A stretch of DNA of 61,197 nt, the filler included. It is 4 parts of 4 records of this genome, joined end to end, with 100 filler letters (N's around TTAATTAATTAA, not from the genome) between each part and the next. Parts side by side here need not be neighbours in the genome. Positions count along the whole stretch, not along the records: positions 1 to 27,239 come from DRR378314_1138; 3 more parts are not named here. One strand, given 5' to 3'. The translations under genes were made by a program, and so were the position numbers. This document shows positions 10,906 to 20,619 of the stretch, in pieces; the first letter of the stretch is position 1; the number at the start of each line of letters is the position of its first letter. The notes under the pieces were generated by a model. That model did not search any database and was not told the origin of the DNA. It saw only the letters and a list, made by a program, of their open reading frames with translations.

Positions 10906-11223
10906 TCAGGCCGCTTCGGCCTGCGCAGCATTCCGGCGTTCACTTTCTTCGCGCGACAGCGCGACAGAGGTCCGAACACCGCGACCAACGAAGTCCATCA
11001 GGCCTTCGACCACACGCTCGTTGGGGTCGATACCTGCGCAGGTCAACACTTCACGCCCATCGCGCGAACGTGCCCAGCGGGCGATCTGCTCGGGTCCGTT
11101 GCCGTATTTCTTGTCGTCGGCAATGGCATCATCCAAGGCAGCCAGCACAACAGCTGCAAAAAGCTTGCGCGCCCGGTTGCCCTGTTCGTTATTGAATGCG
11201 GTGCCGTCAACGAAATCTCGCAT
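10906..11223 (-). CDS. conserved Rhodobacteraceae hypothetical protein (DUF6280-like), divergent from efp
   Basis: AGGAAA RBS, clean 105-aa ORF MRDFVDGTAFNNEQGNRARKLFAAVVLAALDDAI... with its own terminator; family name from recall. Confidence 0.8.
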   Translation of the reverse strand: MRDFVDGTAFNNEQGNRARKLFAAVVLAALDDAIADDKKYGNGPEQIARWARSRDGREVLTCAGIDPNERVVEGLMDFVGRGVRTSVALSREESERRNAAQAEAA

Positions 11224-11449
11224 CTCGTTTCCTTTGTTGTTCTTGCTATTGCATTTTCGGCGTGTCGCTTCTTATGGCGGAATTGTGACGATTCGGGTAC
11301 CCCAAAGATGCATATCATTTATGCACCTTGTGCATGCCTATTTCGCGGTCTTTCGACCATGACACACGATATATCGTCATCTTGTCAGCCTTTCCTCTCC
11401 CGGATATAGGAGGGGCAAAGCTGTCATCAACCACCTGAAAGAGTTTTCC

Positions 11450-12013
11450 ATGCCCAAGATCAACGGCAACGAGATCCGCCCCGGCAACGTTCTGGAGCAC
11501 AACGACGGTCTGTGGGCCGCGGTCAAGGTCGACCATGTGAAGCCCGGCAAGGGGGGGGCCTTTGCCCAGGTCGAGATGCGGAACCTGCGTAACGGCTCCA
11601 AGTTGAACGAGCGGTTCCGGTCTGCGGACAAGGTCGAACGCGTACGTCTGGAGCAGAAGGATCAGCAGTTCCTTTACGAGACCGACGGCATGCTGGTGTT
11701 CATGGATACCGAAACATACGAGCAGATCGAATTGCCGGCCGAGTTGCTGGGCGAACGTCGCCCGTTCCTGCAGGATGGCATGACCATCGTGGTGGAGTTC
11801 TATGACGCCGAGGCGCTGAATGCGACCGTACCGCAAAAAGTGACCTGCCAGATCGTTGAGACAGAGCCGGTTGTCAAAGGTCAGACTGCGGCGAATTCCT
11901 TCAAGCCGGCGATCCTGGACAATGGTGTGAAGGTCATGGTGCCGCCCTTCGTCGGCCAGGACGAGATGATCATCGTCAACACCGAGACCATGGAATATTC
12001 CGAACGCGCCTGA
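11450..12013 (+). CDS. efp: elongation factor P
   Basis: [13 protein letters not shown] loop, [26 protein letters not shown]; 187 aa. Confidence 0.99.
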   Translation: MPKINGNEIRPGNVLEHNDGLWAAVKVDHVKPGKGGAFAQVEMRNLRNGSKLNERFRSADKVERVRLEQKDQQFLYETDGMLVFMDTETYEQIELPAELLGERRPFLQDGMTIVVEFYDAEALNATVPQKVTCQIVETEPVVKGQTAANSFKPAILDNGVKVMVPPFVGQDEMIIVNTETMEYSERA

Positions 12014-12032
12014 TCCGCGCCACAAGATGACC

Positions 12033-12068
12033 AAAGCCCCGGGCCAGCGCATGGTTCCGGGGCTTCTT
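12033..12068 (+). terminator. intrinsic terminator after efp
   Basis: AAGCCCCGGGCCA-GCGCA-TGGTTCCGGGGCTTCTT hairpin. Confidence 0.7.
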
Positions 12069-12184
12069 CGTGTCAGGCGTCTGGGTCGATCGCGCCGCGC
12101 AGCGGCGCCCGGCCCAACGGGAGATGTCGCATGTCCCATGCGATAGCGACGGGCGGGAGCGCCCCAGTCGCCATCTGACACGCT

Positions 12185-12745
12185 CTATCGTGGAATCTCG
12201 ATCGAGTGACCGCAGCTGTCCATCATTTTGCCATAGGCTGCGGTGAAGCCGTTCATCGAGGCAACATAGACCTGATTGCTCGCTCGGTAGGCATCCAGCG
12301 CGCGCACCTCCATCTGCGAGGCGGCCTTCATTCACAGCAGCATGTTCTTCACATCCTGCCAGCGCGGACTGGCAGCGGCCCAGGCGATCCCCTCTTCGTC
12401 AATGCCGCCCTCGGCAACGCCAAAGAATGTGCCCTGTTGATCAAAGATAAATGCGACGCCCTGTGCGTTGCCCACCTGCGTGCGATAGCCGCGCGGCGCG
12501 CTGGTGGAATATGTCGGGGTTGGATAGCTATGTGGCGGGCCTGCATCGCCATCGCTGAACTCCAACCAAAGCGTCGGGATGCCATCGCCACCGGTGCTTG
12601 CGCGGCAATATCGACGCACGTTCTGGCCTGCGGTTTCGTCAGTAATGTTGACCCGCCAGTCGCCATATTCCCAATAATGGTCTGCCGCTGCTGGCACGGC
12701 CAGAACCGTTAGCCCGACCGCACCCATCAGATGTCGAAAATTCAT
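12185..12745 (-). pseudogene. secreted protein gene interrupted by one in-frame TGA at 12332-12334
   Basis: Signal peptide ORF ends ...KNMLL-TGA. The same frame continues MKAASQMEVRALDAYRASNQVYVASMNGFTAAYGKMMDSCGHSIEIPR to TAG at 12185. Confidence 0.7.
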
Positions 12746-12858
12746 AAATTTGTTCCCTTTGCGCCTCCCAAACGGAGGCGGTCGGCGACACCTTAGAGCG
12801 CAAATTTTAAATATTCCACAACTGAGATAGGCAGGGCTGTGCCCCGGGGGAGGGCGGT

Positions 12859-13605
12859 TTAGGAGGTCGCGCCCGATGGCCAGCGCAGCTCGGCCTCTTC
12901 GGCTTGCAGCGCACCCTTTGCGCGGTCATAGCGCAGATAGGCGATCGCCTTGCCCTCAGCCTGCGTGAAGACCTGCCCAACCGGTTTGCCGTCGGCGGTG
13001 ATCTTTGCGCCGACCGGGGCGCTGCCCTCGATCTCGACCTGTTGCAGACCTTTGCGCAGTTCTGTCTTGTGCTTCATACGGGCAGTGACCTCCTGACCGA
13101 CATAGCAGCCTTTGCGGAAATCGACGCCATTCAGCCGCTCGAACCCGACTTCGAGAATGAAACTGTCCGGGGACAGCTCAATCCCAGTTTCGGGGATCAC
13201 ATGCGCCACGCGGATCGCATCCCAATCGCTGCCGTCATCTCCTGCCTCTTCTCCATAAAGCCGCCAGCCGAGATCGGGATGACGGGGATCGGCAAAGGCG
13301 CCATCGGGCGCCTCTCCGGTGCCCCGGCGCAGCTTCAGCGTGCTGTCCTCAAGGGTGACATCAGCGCGCAGCTTGTACATCTTCAGGCGTTTGCTCAGCC
13401 CATCCGCGAGCTCTTCTGCCACGTCCAGCAGCACGGCATCGCCATCGGGGACCAGAAAGAAATCCGCCAGGTACTTTCCCTGCGGGGTGAGCATCGCGGC
13501 ATAGACCATCCCCTGATCCAGTTTGCCGACGTCATTGGTGACCAGCCCCTGCAGGAAATCGCGGGTTTCTGAGCCGGATAGGCGGAGGATACGGCGATTT
13601 GCCAT
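12859..13605 (-). CDS. ygfZ: YgfZ/GcvT-family folate-binding Fe-S cluster assembly factor
   Basis: DFLQGLVTND, LTPQGK and signature DFRKGCYVGQEVTAR; start at ATG 13605 after GGAGA. Confidence 0.95.
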   Translation of the reverse strand: MANRRILRLSGSETRDFLQGLVTNDVGKLDQGMVYAAMLTPQGKYLADFFLVPDGDAVLLDVAEELADGLSKRLKMYKLRADVTLEDSTLKLRRGTGEAPDGAFADPRHPDLGWRLYGEEAGDDGSDWDAIRVAHVIPETGIELSPDSFILEVGFERLNGVDFRKGCYVGQEVTARMKHKTELRKGLQQVEIEGSAPVGAKITADGKPVGQVFTQAEGKAIAYLRYDRAKGALQAEEAELRWPSGATS

Positions 13606-13707
13606 GCTGGGTCTCCCTCTCTTGGGGTTGGGCGTTGGCCAAGATGTGACGCGGCCAGAGCCAAAGTTCAAGCGGTCGTCCAAACTGGGGAAGGGCCAGC
13701 GTGTTGT

Positions 13708-15567
13708 TCAGCCGAACAGACGGCGGGCGAACCGACGCAACAGACCGGCTTGTTCACCATCGTTGCGGTTCTCGTTGCGTGTGAGTTGCGCATTGACCCC
13801 ATCGGTATCGATCACCGTTTTGCCATCCTGAAACTGCAGCCGGTAAAGGTCGGCGTAGATCCCGCCGCGCTCCAACAGCTCCTCGTGACGGCCTTCGTCC
13901 ATCACCCGGCCGCGTTCCATCACCACGATCTTGTCAGCGGCACGGATGGTCGAGAGCCGGTGTGCGATCACGATCGTCGTGCGTCCGCCAGAGAGTTTTT
14001 CCAACGCCTGCTGCACCACCTTTTCCGATTGCGCATCAAGCGCCGAGGTCGCCTCGTCCAGCAGCAGCAACGGTGTGTCGCGCAACAGGGCACGGGCAAT
14101 CACCACCCGTTGGCGTTGACCGCCGGACAGGGCAGAGCCGCGCGGCCCCACCCGTGTCTCAAGCCCGTCTGGCATCTTGTGCAGAAAGTCCGACACATGG
14201 GCCGCGTCCAGAACTTCGGTCAGGCGCTCGTCGCTGACATCGGTCCGCCCCAGCAGAATGTTCTCCTTGAGGGTTTCGTCGAACAGCAATGCATCCTGCG
14301 TCACCACGGAGAAGAGGTTGCGCAGGTCGCCGAGATCGAGATCCCGGACCTCCGTGCCATTCAGCGTCACGGAGCCTTCCTGCGGGTCCACAAGACGTGT
14401 CAGGATGTTGAAAATGGTGGATTTACCCGCCCCGGAGGCGCCCACCAATGCGGTGGTCTTGCCAGCTTCGGCGACCAGTGACAGATCGCGCAGAATATGT
14501 GCCTCGCCGTAGAACAGGTTCACGTTGTCCAAGCGGATTTCCGGCAGGCCGGTCGGGGCTGGCTTCGGATCTGTCGGCGAGACCAGTGTAATTGGCGCAT
14601 CGATCAGCTCCTTGATGCGCTCCATGGCGGCGGCGGCAGCCTGCCAGACCCCCATGATCGAGGCGAGACGGCGCATCGGGTCAAAAGCGAGGCCGATCGC
14701 GGTGAAGAAGCTCATGAATTCGCCGACGGTCTTGTCCCCGTTGATGATCTCGCGACCACCAAACAGAATCACGCACATCACACCCAGTCCGGCCATCAGA
14801 TCCACCAGGCCAGAGGTCGACGAGGCACCAAGTGCCGCCTTGATCTGAGCGCGCACAAACGCTGTTGTCGCGGTGCGGTAGCGCCCGGTTTGATAGCTCT
14901 CAAGCCGGTTCAGCTTGATCGGGACGATGCCATGAAACACTTCGTCCAGACGCGTGGCCTGCACCGCGCCAAGATCGCGCGCCAGGCTGGCCTTCTTGCG
15001 CACGTAGCGCTGTACGATGGAAAGCGGCAGCACCAGCAGGGGCACACCGATCAGCATGATGGCGGTCCAGCGCCAGTCTACGCTGATCGCCACGCCAAGC
15101 ACCGCGACGAGCTGCGCCACGTCGCGTCCGGACCCTGTGATGATCGCCTGCCAGACCTGGTTGATGGCAGAGACATCGGATTGAACGCGCTGGATCAGAA
15201 AGCCGGGCGGGTGATGCTGGTGAAAGCTGGCGTCCTGATGGATCAGCCGATCCAGCATATCGGTTCGCATATGCGCTTCGGAGCGCTGGTTGATGGTGGC
15301 CAGAATGACCTTCTGCGTCACCGAGCTGATCCCGCGGAGCAGAAAAATGCCAAAAAAGGCAATGCTGACCCACATCAGCGCATCCGAACTGCCGTCGACG
15401 AACACCAGGTCAAACATCGGCTGCATCATATAGCTGAGCCCGCCGACGGAGGCCCCTTCGAGCAGCATGAAGAAGATGGCGATCGACAGCAATCCCACAT
15501 GATGCCGTAGGTAGCCGCGCCAGAGCCAGCGCAACAACTCGCGCGAGGACATGTATTGCGTGCTCAT
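13708..15567 (-). CDS. MsbA-like ABC exporter (fused permease and ATPase)
   Basis: TM domain followed by Walker A GASGAGKS, LSGGQRQR, LLLDEATSALD, IAHRLST. Confidence 0.95.
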   Translation of the reverse strand: MSTQYMSSRELLRWLWRGYLRHHVGLLSIAIFFMLLEGASVGGLSYMMQPMFDLVFVDGSSDALMWVSIAFFGIFLLRGISSVTQKVILATINQRSEAHMRTDMLDRLIHQDASFHQHHPPGFLIQRVQSDVSAINQVWQAIITGSGRDVAQLVAVLGVAISVDWRWTAIMLIGVPLLVLPLSIVQRYVRKKASLARDLGAVQATRLDEVFHGIVPIKLNRLESYQTGRYRTATTAFVRAQIKAALGASSTSGLVDLMAGLGVMCVILFGGREIINGDKTVGEFMSFFTAIGLAFDPMRRLASIMGVWQAAAAAMERIKELIDAPITLVSPTDPKPAPTGLPEIRLDNVNLFYGEAHILRDLSLVAEAGKTTALVGASGAGKSTIFNILTRLVDPQEGSVTLNGTEVRDLDLGDLRNLFSVVTQDALLFDETLKENILLGRTDVSDERLTEVLDAAHVSDFLHKMPDGLETRVGPRGSALSGGQRQRVVIARALLRDTPLLLLDEATSALDAQSEKVVQQALEKLSGGRTTIVIAHRLSTIRAADKIVVMERGRVMDEGRHEELLERGGIYADLYRLQFQDGKTVIDTDGVNAQLTRNENRNDGEQAGLLRRFARRLFG

Positions 15568-15799
15568 TGTGCTCTTCCCATGCGTAGAAACGTGTCGATG
15601 CGCCGCGTTTCTTGCGACAAGTCCCGACATTTAAGCAGCTTAGCTGCAGCGTGCAAGCCATCTGCAACGGCTGGGTTTGCGCCTGCTTGGCAATTGACCT
15701 CAGCCGGGGCTGCGCTAGGCTGCCTGAGATTTTCAAATACGCTCCGGGTCGATTTTGCGATCAGACCCTGACTTGGAGCACCCAGCAGGACATTCGAAC

Positions 15800-17017
15800 A
15801 TGCGCGATTCTGTGAAACTCTCGTCCGGGCGATCATATCTGGCGATCCCGGGGCCGTCGATCATGCCCGATGAGGTGCTGCAAGCCATGCACCGGGCCTC
15901 GCCGAATATCTACGCGGGCGAGCTGGTGGATATGACCAACACATTACCCCCCGACCTGCGCAAGGTCGCGCGCACCGAGCACCATGTCGCCATTTATATC
16001 GCCAATGGCCATGGGGCCTGGGAGGCGGCCTTGTCGAATACTCTGAAGGAGGGTGACAAGGTGCTGGTGCCGGCGTCGGGGCGATTTGCCTACGGTTGGA
16101 GCGAGATGGCCGAGGCGCTGGGGCTCAACATCGAGGTGATGGATTTTGGTCTTCAGGCCCCGTTTGATCTGGCGCGGGTCGCGGATCGTCTGGCCTCCGA
16201 CCGGGGGCATGAAATCAAGGCTGTGCTGGGCGTCCATACGGATACTTCCACATCAATTCGAAATGATATCAGCGGGTTGCGTGATGCAATAGATCAGTCA
16301 GATCACCCGGCGTTGTTGATGGCCGACTGCATTGCTTCGCTGGGGTGTGATCGGTTTGAAATGGATGCCTGGGGCGTCGATGTGATGGTCACCGGCAGCC
16401 AGAAGGGGCTGATGGTGCCTGCGGGGATGTCGTTTGTGTTCTTCAACGACAAGGCCGCCGAGGCCCGTGCTGCGCTGCCGCGCGTCAGCCGGTACTGGGA
16501 TTGGACCCCGCGCGCCAACCCGGAGTATTTCTATCAGTTCTTTGGCGGCACCGCACCAACACATCACCTTTATGGGCTGCGCGCGGCGCTGGACATCCTC
16601 CACGCCGAGGGGATTGAGCAGGTCTGGAACCGTCATGAAATGCTGGCCCGGGCCATTTGGGCGGCTTGTGAATGCTGGAGCGAGGGTGGTGCGCTGGCGA
16701 TGAATGTCACGGATCCCGCGCTGCGCTCTCACGCCGTGACGGCGTTGCGGTTGCCATCGCCACGGGCGACGGATCTGCGGATGTGGCTGGAAGAGAACCT
16801 TGGCCTGACCCTGGGTATCGGGCTGGGTATGGCGCCGCCTGACAGTTCGGAATGGCACGGGTTTTTCCGCCTTGGCCATATGGGGCATGTGAATGGTCAC
16901 ATGATTATGGGGCTACTGGGAGGGATCGAAACAGGGCTGAAGGCGCTGGATATCCCTCACGGCACGGGCGCGCTCGACGCCGCAACACGGGTCCTGTCCG
17001 GCAACCATTCGGGCTGA
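15800..17017 (+). CDS. class V PLP aminotransferase (serine/alanine-glyoxylate aminotransferase-like)
   Basis: IPGPS, NGHGAWEAA, DCIASLG, WGVDVMVTGSQKGL (PLP lysine), FRLGHMG. Confidence 0.93.
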   Translation: MRDSVKLSSGRSYLAIPGPSIMPDEVLQAMHRASPNIYAGELVDMTNTLPPDLRKVARTEHHVAIYIANGHGAWEAALSNTLKEGDKVLVPASGRFAYGWSEMAEALGLNIEVMDFGLQAPFDLARVADRLASDRGHEIKAVLGVHTDTSTSIRNDISGLRDAIDQSDHPALLMADCIASLGCDRFEMDAWGVDVMVTGSQKGLMVPAGMSFVFFNDKAAEARAALPRVSRYWDWTPRANPEYFYQFFGGTAPTHHLYGLRAALDILHAEGIEQVWNRHEMLARAIWAACECWSEGGALAMNVTDPALRSHAVTALRLPSPRATDLRMWLEENLGLTLGIGLGMAPPDSSEWHGFFRLGHMGHVNGHMIMGLLGGIETGLKALDIPHGTGALDAATRVLSGNHSG

Positions 17018-17364
17018 CGGCGCGATCCCTCTCATCGTCAGAGAGCATGCCAGCGAAAGGCGGGGGCGGGCGTTCGACCCGTGACCGCCTTTTCAACCAC
17101 GAGTGATATCTCTTCTGTCAGGCTGATCGCCCTCGCGGGTTCCGGTTTCAAAACGGCGTGCACATTTGCGGTGAAAGAAGAAGAGTCTGAGCGCAGTGGC
17201 GCAAAGCCGGATTCTGGTCCGCAATGGCCATAGAGCGCGTTTAGAATGTAGACACATGGATCGCGGCCCGCATCTCGCGGGCAGATCAATTCCCCTCCGC
17301 AGGCGCCTGCCAGAGACGACACGCAAACGACTGGCATCCCCACAGGCGGATCTTGCGAGCTGCC

Positions 17365-17577
17365 TTAGGCGCGTCGCTCCGACTTCTGGTGGGCCCACAG
17401 CATGCGAACCTCCAGTCGGTTGATCATGTGGTTCATCACGACGGCCAGCAGAAGCACCGGCGCAAGCCCGTAGAGCAACCACAGCACGATGAAGATCCAT
17501 AGCAGGTTCACGGTCAGGAAACTGAGCGTGGCGGACAGCAAGTCCGTCGAGGCAGGCGGTACATCATGGCGTCTCAT
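17365..17577 (-). CDS. small membrane protein (70 aa)
   Basis: GGAGGGG RBS before ATG 17577; hydrophobic VNLLWIFIVLWLLYGLAPVLLLAVVMNH. Confidence 0.7.
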   Translation of the reverse strand: MRRHDVPPASTDLLSATLSFLTVNLLWIFIVLWLLYGLAPVLLLAVVMNHMINRLEVRMLWAHQKSERRA

Positions 17578-17663
17578 ATTACCCCTCCAGACAGGCAATG
17601 TCCGTTCAGACTAAAGCCAAAGAGGTAAATCCCGAGTAAAGCCGCTGGCGCGCGTGCTCCGGT

Positions 17664-18782
17664 TTATCGGTCTGCTTGTGATCGGGCCTCCGCCAAGGCC
17701 TCTGGCAGGGCCGCTGCAAAGGCCGCCCGCTCGGCCTCTGGGCCGCAACTGACACGGATGCATCGGTTCTGTGGCGCCGCAAAGGGCATCCGCACGAACA
17801 TGCCACGGCTGACCAAAGAATCCAGCACCGCCTTGGCGAACGCACCGTCCTGGCCACAGTCGATGGCGACAAAATTGGTGGCCGAAGGCAGCGGCGTCAG
17901 GCCATGCTCGATGGCGATCCGGGAAATCTCGTCCCGTGCGGTGGCAATCTCTGCCTGCACATGAGCCAGCCAGTCCTGATCCTTGATTGCCTCCGTTGCG
18001 CCGATCTGTGCGCAGCGGTTCATGCCAAAGTGGTTGCGCACCTTGTGAAAGGCGGAAATCACCTCAACCGCGCCCAAGGCATAACCCACGCGGGCGCCAG
18101 CCATACCATAGGCCTTGGACAGCGTGCGCATGCGAATGACGCGGGGATCATTTACATCAACCGGCGCTGCCGTGCCGTCGGGGGCGCATTCCACATAGGC
18201 CTCGTCCAGCAGCAACAGACTGCCTTCGGGCAGGTCGTCCAGCGCTGCCACGATATCTGCGCCGCGATGCCAGCTGCCCATCGGGTTGTCGGGGTTGGCG
18301 AGGTAGACGATCTTTGCGCCCACCTCATGCGCCTTTGCCATCAAGGCTGCGACATCCTCGTGATCATCGCGATAGGGAACCGTGTGCAGCACGCCGCCAA
18401 AGCCCGCCACATGGTAGTTGAAGGTCGGATAGGCCCCAAGCGAGGTCACAACCGCATCACCGGCGCCCACATATAGCCGCACCAGATTGCCCAGCAGCCC
18501 GTCGATGCCCTCGCCAACCATGATGTGATCGGCCGAAATCCCGTGCAGCGCGGACAGCGCCTGCCGCAGCTCGTAGCTTTCCGCGTCGCCGTATTTCCAG
18601 ATCTCACCCGCTGCGGCTTGCATCGCTGCAATCGCTTTGGGGGAGGGGCCAAAGAGGTTCTCATTCGCGCCGAGCCGCGCAACGAAGGGCGCGCCACGCT
18701 GGCGTTCGTGGGTTTCCGGTCCCACAAACGGGACGGAGGCGGGCAGGGACTGGGCGAGCGGGGTTTGGCGCAAATCTGTCAT
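17664..18782 (-). CDS. histidinol-phosphate aminotransferase-family PLP enzyme (class I/II)
   Basis: LGANENLFG, LANPDNPMG, LDEAY, RTLSKAYGMAGARVGY. Confidence 0.92.
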   Translation of the reverse strand: MTDLRQTPLAQSLPASVPFVGPETHERQRGAPFVARLGANENLFGPSPKAIAAMQAAAGEIWKYGDAESYELRQALSALHGISADHIMVGEGIDGLLGNLVRLYVGAGDAVVTSLGAYPTFNYHVAGFGGVLHTVPYRDDHEDVAALMAKAHEVGAKIVYLANPDNPMGSWHRGADIVAALDDLPEGSLLLLDEAYVECAPDGTAAPVDVNDPRVIRMRTLSKAYGMAGARVGYALGAVEVISAFHKVRNHFGMNRCAQIGATEAIKDQDWLAHVQAEIATARDEISRIAIEHGLTPLPSATNFVAIDCGQDGAFAKAVLDSLVSRGMFVRMPFAAPQNRCIRVSCGPEAERAAFAAALPEALAEARSQADR

Positions 18783-18919
18783 GGGCCAAGACCTAGCCGG
18801 GCGGGCGCAGCTGGGCAAGTGTGCATGATGCGCCAACCATGCCCCGGCGTCAGGCTGGAAAGCGCGCCCGATGCGCTGCAAGCTGACGACAAGAGAGATT
18901 GCCAGAGGGAGGAGCCATC

Positions 18920-19717
18920 ATGGCAGAGGACAACGCCCGCGTTTCAGTCGAGATCCGCGACCATGTCGCCCATGTCACGCTGACCCGCGCCGACAAGATG
19001 AACGCCGTCGACAGGGACATGCTCGCCGCCGTGATCGCCGCCGCCCATGAGGTCGCCGCGTCAGACGCGCGCGCGGTGGTGCTGTCGGGGGCGGGCAAGA
19101 GCTTTTGCGCCGGGCTGGACGTGATGAGCTTTGCTGCCATGGGACAGATGAAAGACAGCGCCTGGATCATGGACCGCACCGAGGGGGAGGCGAATGATTT
19201 TCAGGCGGTGGCAATGCTGTGGCGCGCACTGGAGATCCCGGTGATTGCCGCCCTGCATGGGGCCACCTTCGGGGCCGGTCTGCAGATCGCGCTGGGGGCG
19301 GATATCCGCATCGCGGCACCGGAGGCCAAACTGGCGGTGATGGAGATGAAATGGGGCCTGATCCCAGACATGGGCGGCATGGCGCTGCTGCCGCAGCTGG
19401 TGCGCTCGGATGTGTTGCGGCTGCTGACCTATACCGCCACGCCGGTGGAGGCGACGCAGGCCGAACGTTGGGGCTTGGTGACCGAGATCGCGGAGGATCC
19501 GCTGACCCGTGCGCAGGCGCTGGCCACTGAGATCGCGGGCAAGGGCCCCAATGCCATCCGGGCCGCCAAACGCCTGATTGCCCATGCTGAAAGCGGTGCC
19601 GGCAGTGCCGAGGTGCTCTTGCGCGAAAGCGAGGAGCAGGCGGCGCTGATCGGCAAGCCGGAACAGATGGAAGTGGTCATGGCCAATATGCAGAAACGCG
19701 CGCCGGTCTTTAAGTAG
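18920..19717 (+). CDS. crotonase/enoyl-CoA hydratase family protein
   Basis: DKMNA, SFCAGLD, PVIAALHGATFGAGLQIALGADIRIA, EMKWGLIPD; GGAGGAG RBS. Confidence 0.95.
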   Translation: MAEDNARVSVEIRDHVAHVTLTRADKMNAVDRDMLAAVIAAAHEVAASDARAVVLSGAGKSFCAGLDVMSFAAMGQMKDSAWIMDRTEGEANDFQAVAMLWRALEIPVIAALHGATFGAGLQIALGADIRIAAPEAKLAVMEMKWGLIPDMGGMALLPQLVRSDVLRLLTYTATPVEATQAERWGLVTEIAEDPLTRAQALATEIAGKGPNAIRAAKRLIAHAESGAGSAEVLLRESEEQAALIGKPEQMEVVMANMQKRAPVFK

Positions 19718-19791
19718 ACCATAAGTAGGCCATTCAAAACGGGAGCCCGATGGGCGGCCCAACAGACAGGTCCAATCGGGGAGGAGCGGAC

Positions 19792-20517
19792 ATGATGCGG
19801 TTGAAACTCTTGCTGTCGCACCCATCGGTGCCGGTGATGCTGGGCGCGGTGGTGCTGGGTCTGGCGATCCTTTTGATGCAGGGGGCGACCTGGCAGTGGG
19901 GCTTTGTCGTGCTGGGAGTAGGCCTGCAGATGCTCAACGAATACGGGCTGCATCGCTATATCTTTCACCTGAAGCCGCCGCGTCGCCAATGGGCCTTTGA
20001 TCTGCTCTATCAGGCACATTACGGCCACCATGACTTCCCCACCAATCACCAGCTGTTCTTCGCGCCGATCTGGGTGGCGCTGCCGATGCTGGCGGTGAAT
20101 TTTGCGGTGATCTACGGGCTGTTGTGGCTGGTGGTGCCCGCCCACGCGCTGTCTCTGGCGGCAGCGATCGTGCTGGTCGGGGGCGTGGCAACCTTCCTTG
20201 GATACGAGTGGTTCCACATGACCGCGCATTTGAACGTGAGCAAAACGCGGGTGGAGCGCCATGTGACCCAGCTCCACAACCAGCATCACTTTCGCGACTT
20301 TTCCAAATGGTTCCATGTGTCACCCGGCGGCGAGGTGATCGACCGCGCCATGGGCACTGCCATCGACCGCGAGGCGCTGAAGCGTCAACAGCGCATCGAG
20401 TTCATCCGCACGCTGGGCATGAGCCCCGATGACCCGCGTTTGGTGGCGGCGCGCCTGCGGTTCGCGCAGCGCTACGACCTCAGCACAGAGGACATCGCCC
20501 GAGCCGCCCGCGGCTGA
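19792..20517 (+). CDS. fatty acid hydroxylase / sterol desaturase family di-metal membrane enzyme
   Basis: His boxes HRYIFH, HYGHH, YEWFHMTAH, HNQHH with TM segments; GGAGGAG RBS. Confidence 0.9.
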   Translation: MMRLKLLLSHPSVPVMLGAVVLGLAILLMQGATWQWGFVVLGVGLQMLNEYGLHRYIFHLKPPRRQWAFDLLYQAHYGHHDFPTNHQLFFAPIWVALPMLAVNFAVIYGLLWLVVPAHALSLAAAIVLVGGVATFLGYEWFHMTAHLNVSKTRVERHVTQLHNQHHFRDFSKWFHVSPGGEVIDRAMGTAIDREALKRQQRIEFIRTLGMSPDDPRLVAARLRFAQRYDLSTEDIARAARG

Positions 20518-20551
20518 TGTCCTCTGGTCGTCTTTTGACCCGATCCAAAAC

Positions 20552-20583
20552 AAACGGGCCGCAACTGGTGTTGCGGCCCGTTT
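20552..20583. terminator. bidirectional terminator between convergent hydroxylase and aldolase genes
   Basis: Perfect 14-bp stem AAACGGGCCGCAAC-TGGT-GTTGCGGCCCGTTT. Confidence 0.85.
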
Positions 20584-20619
20584 CAATTCATATGGAATGT
20601 GCCCCCGTAGGAGCCAAGA

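Noticed and set aside
17038..17343. Possible small gene between the class V aminotransferase and the small membrane protein
   Set aside because: No clear start, RBS or recognisable motif, so it cannot be supported.
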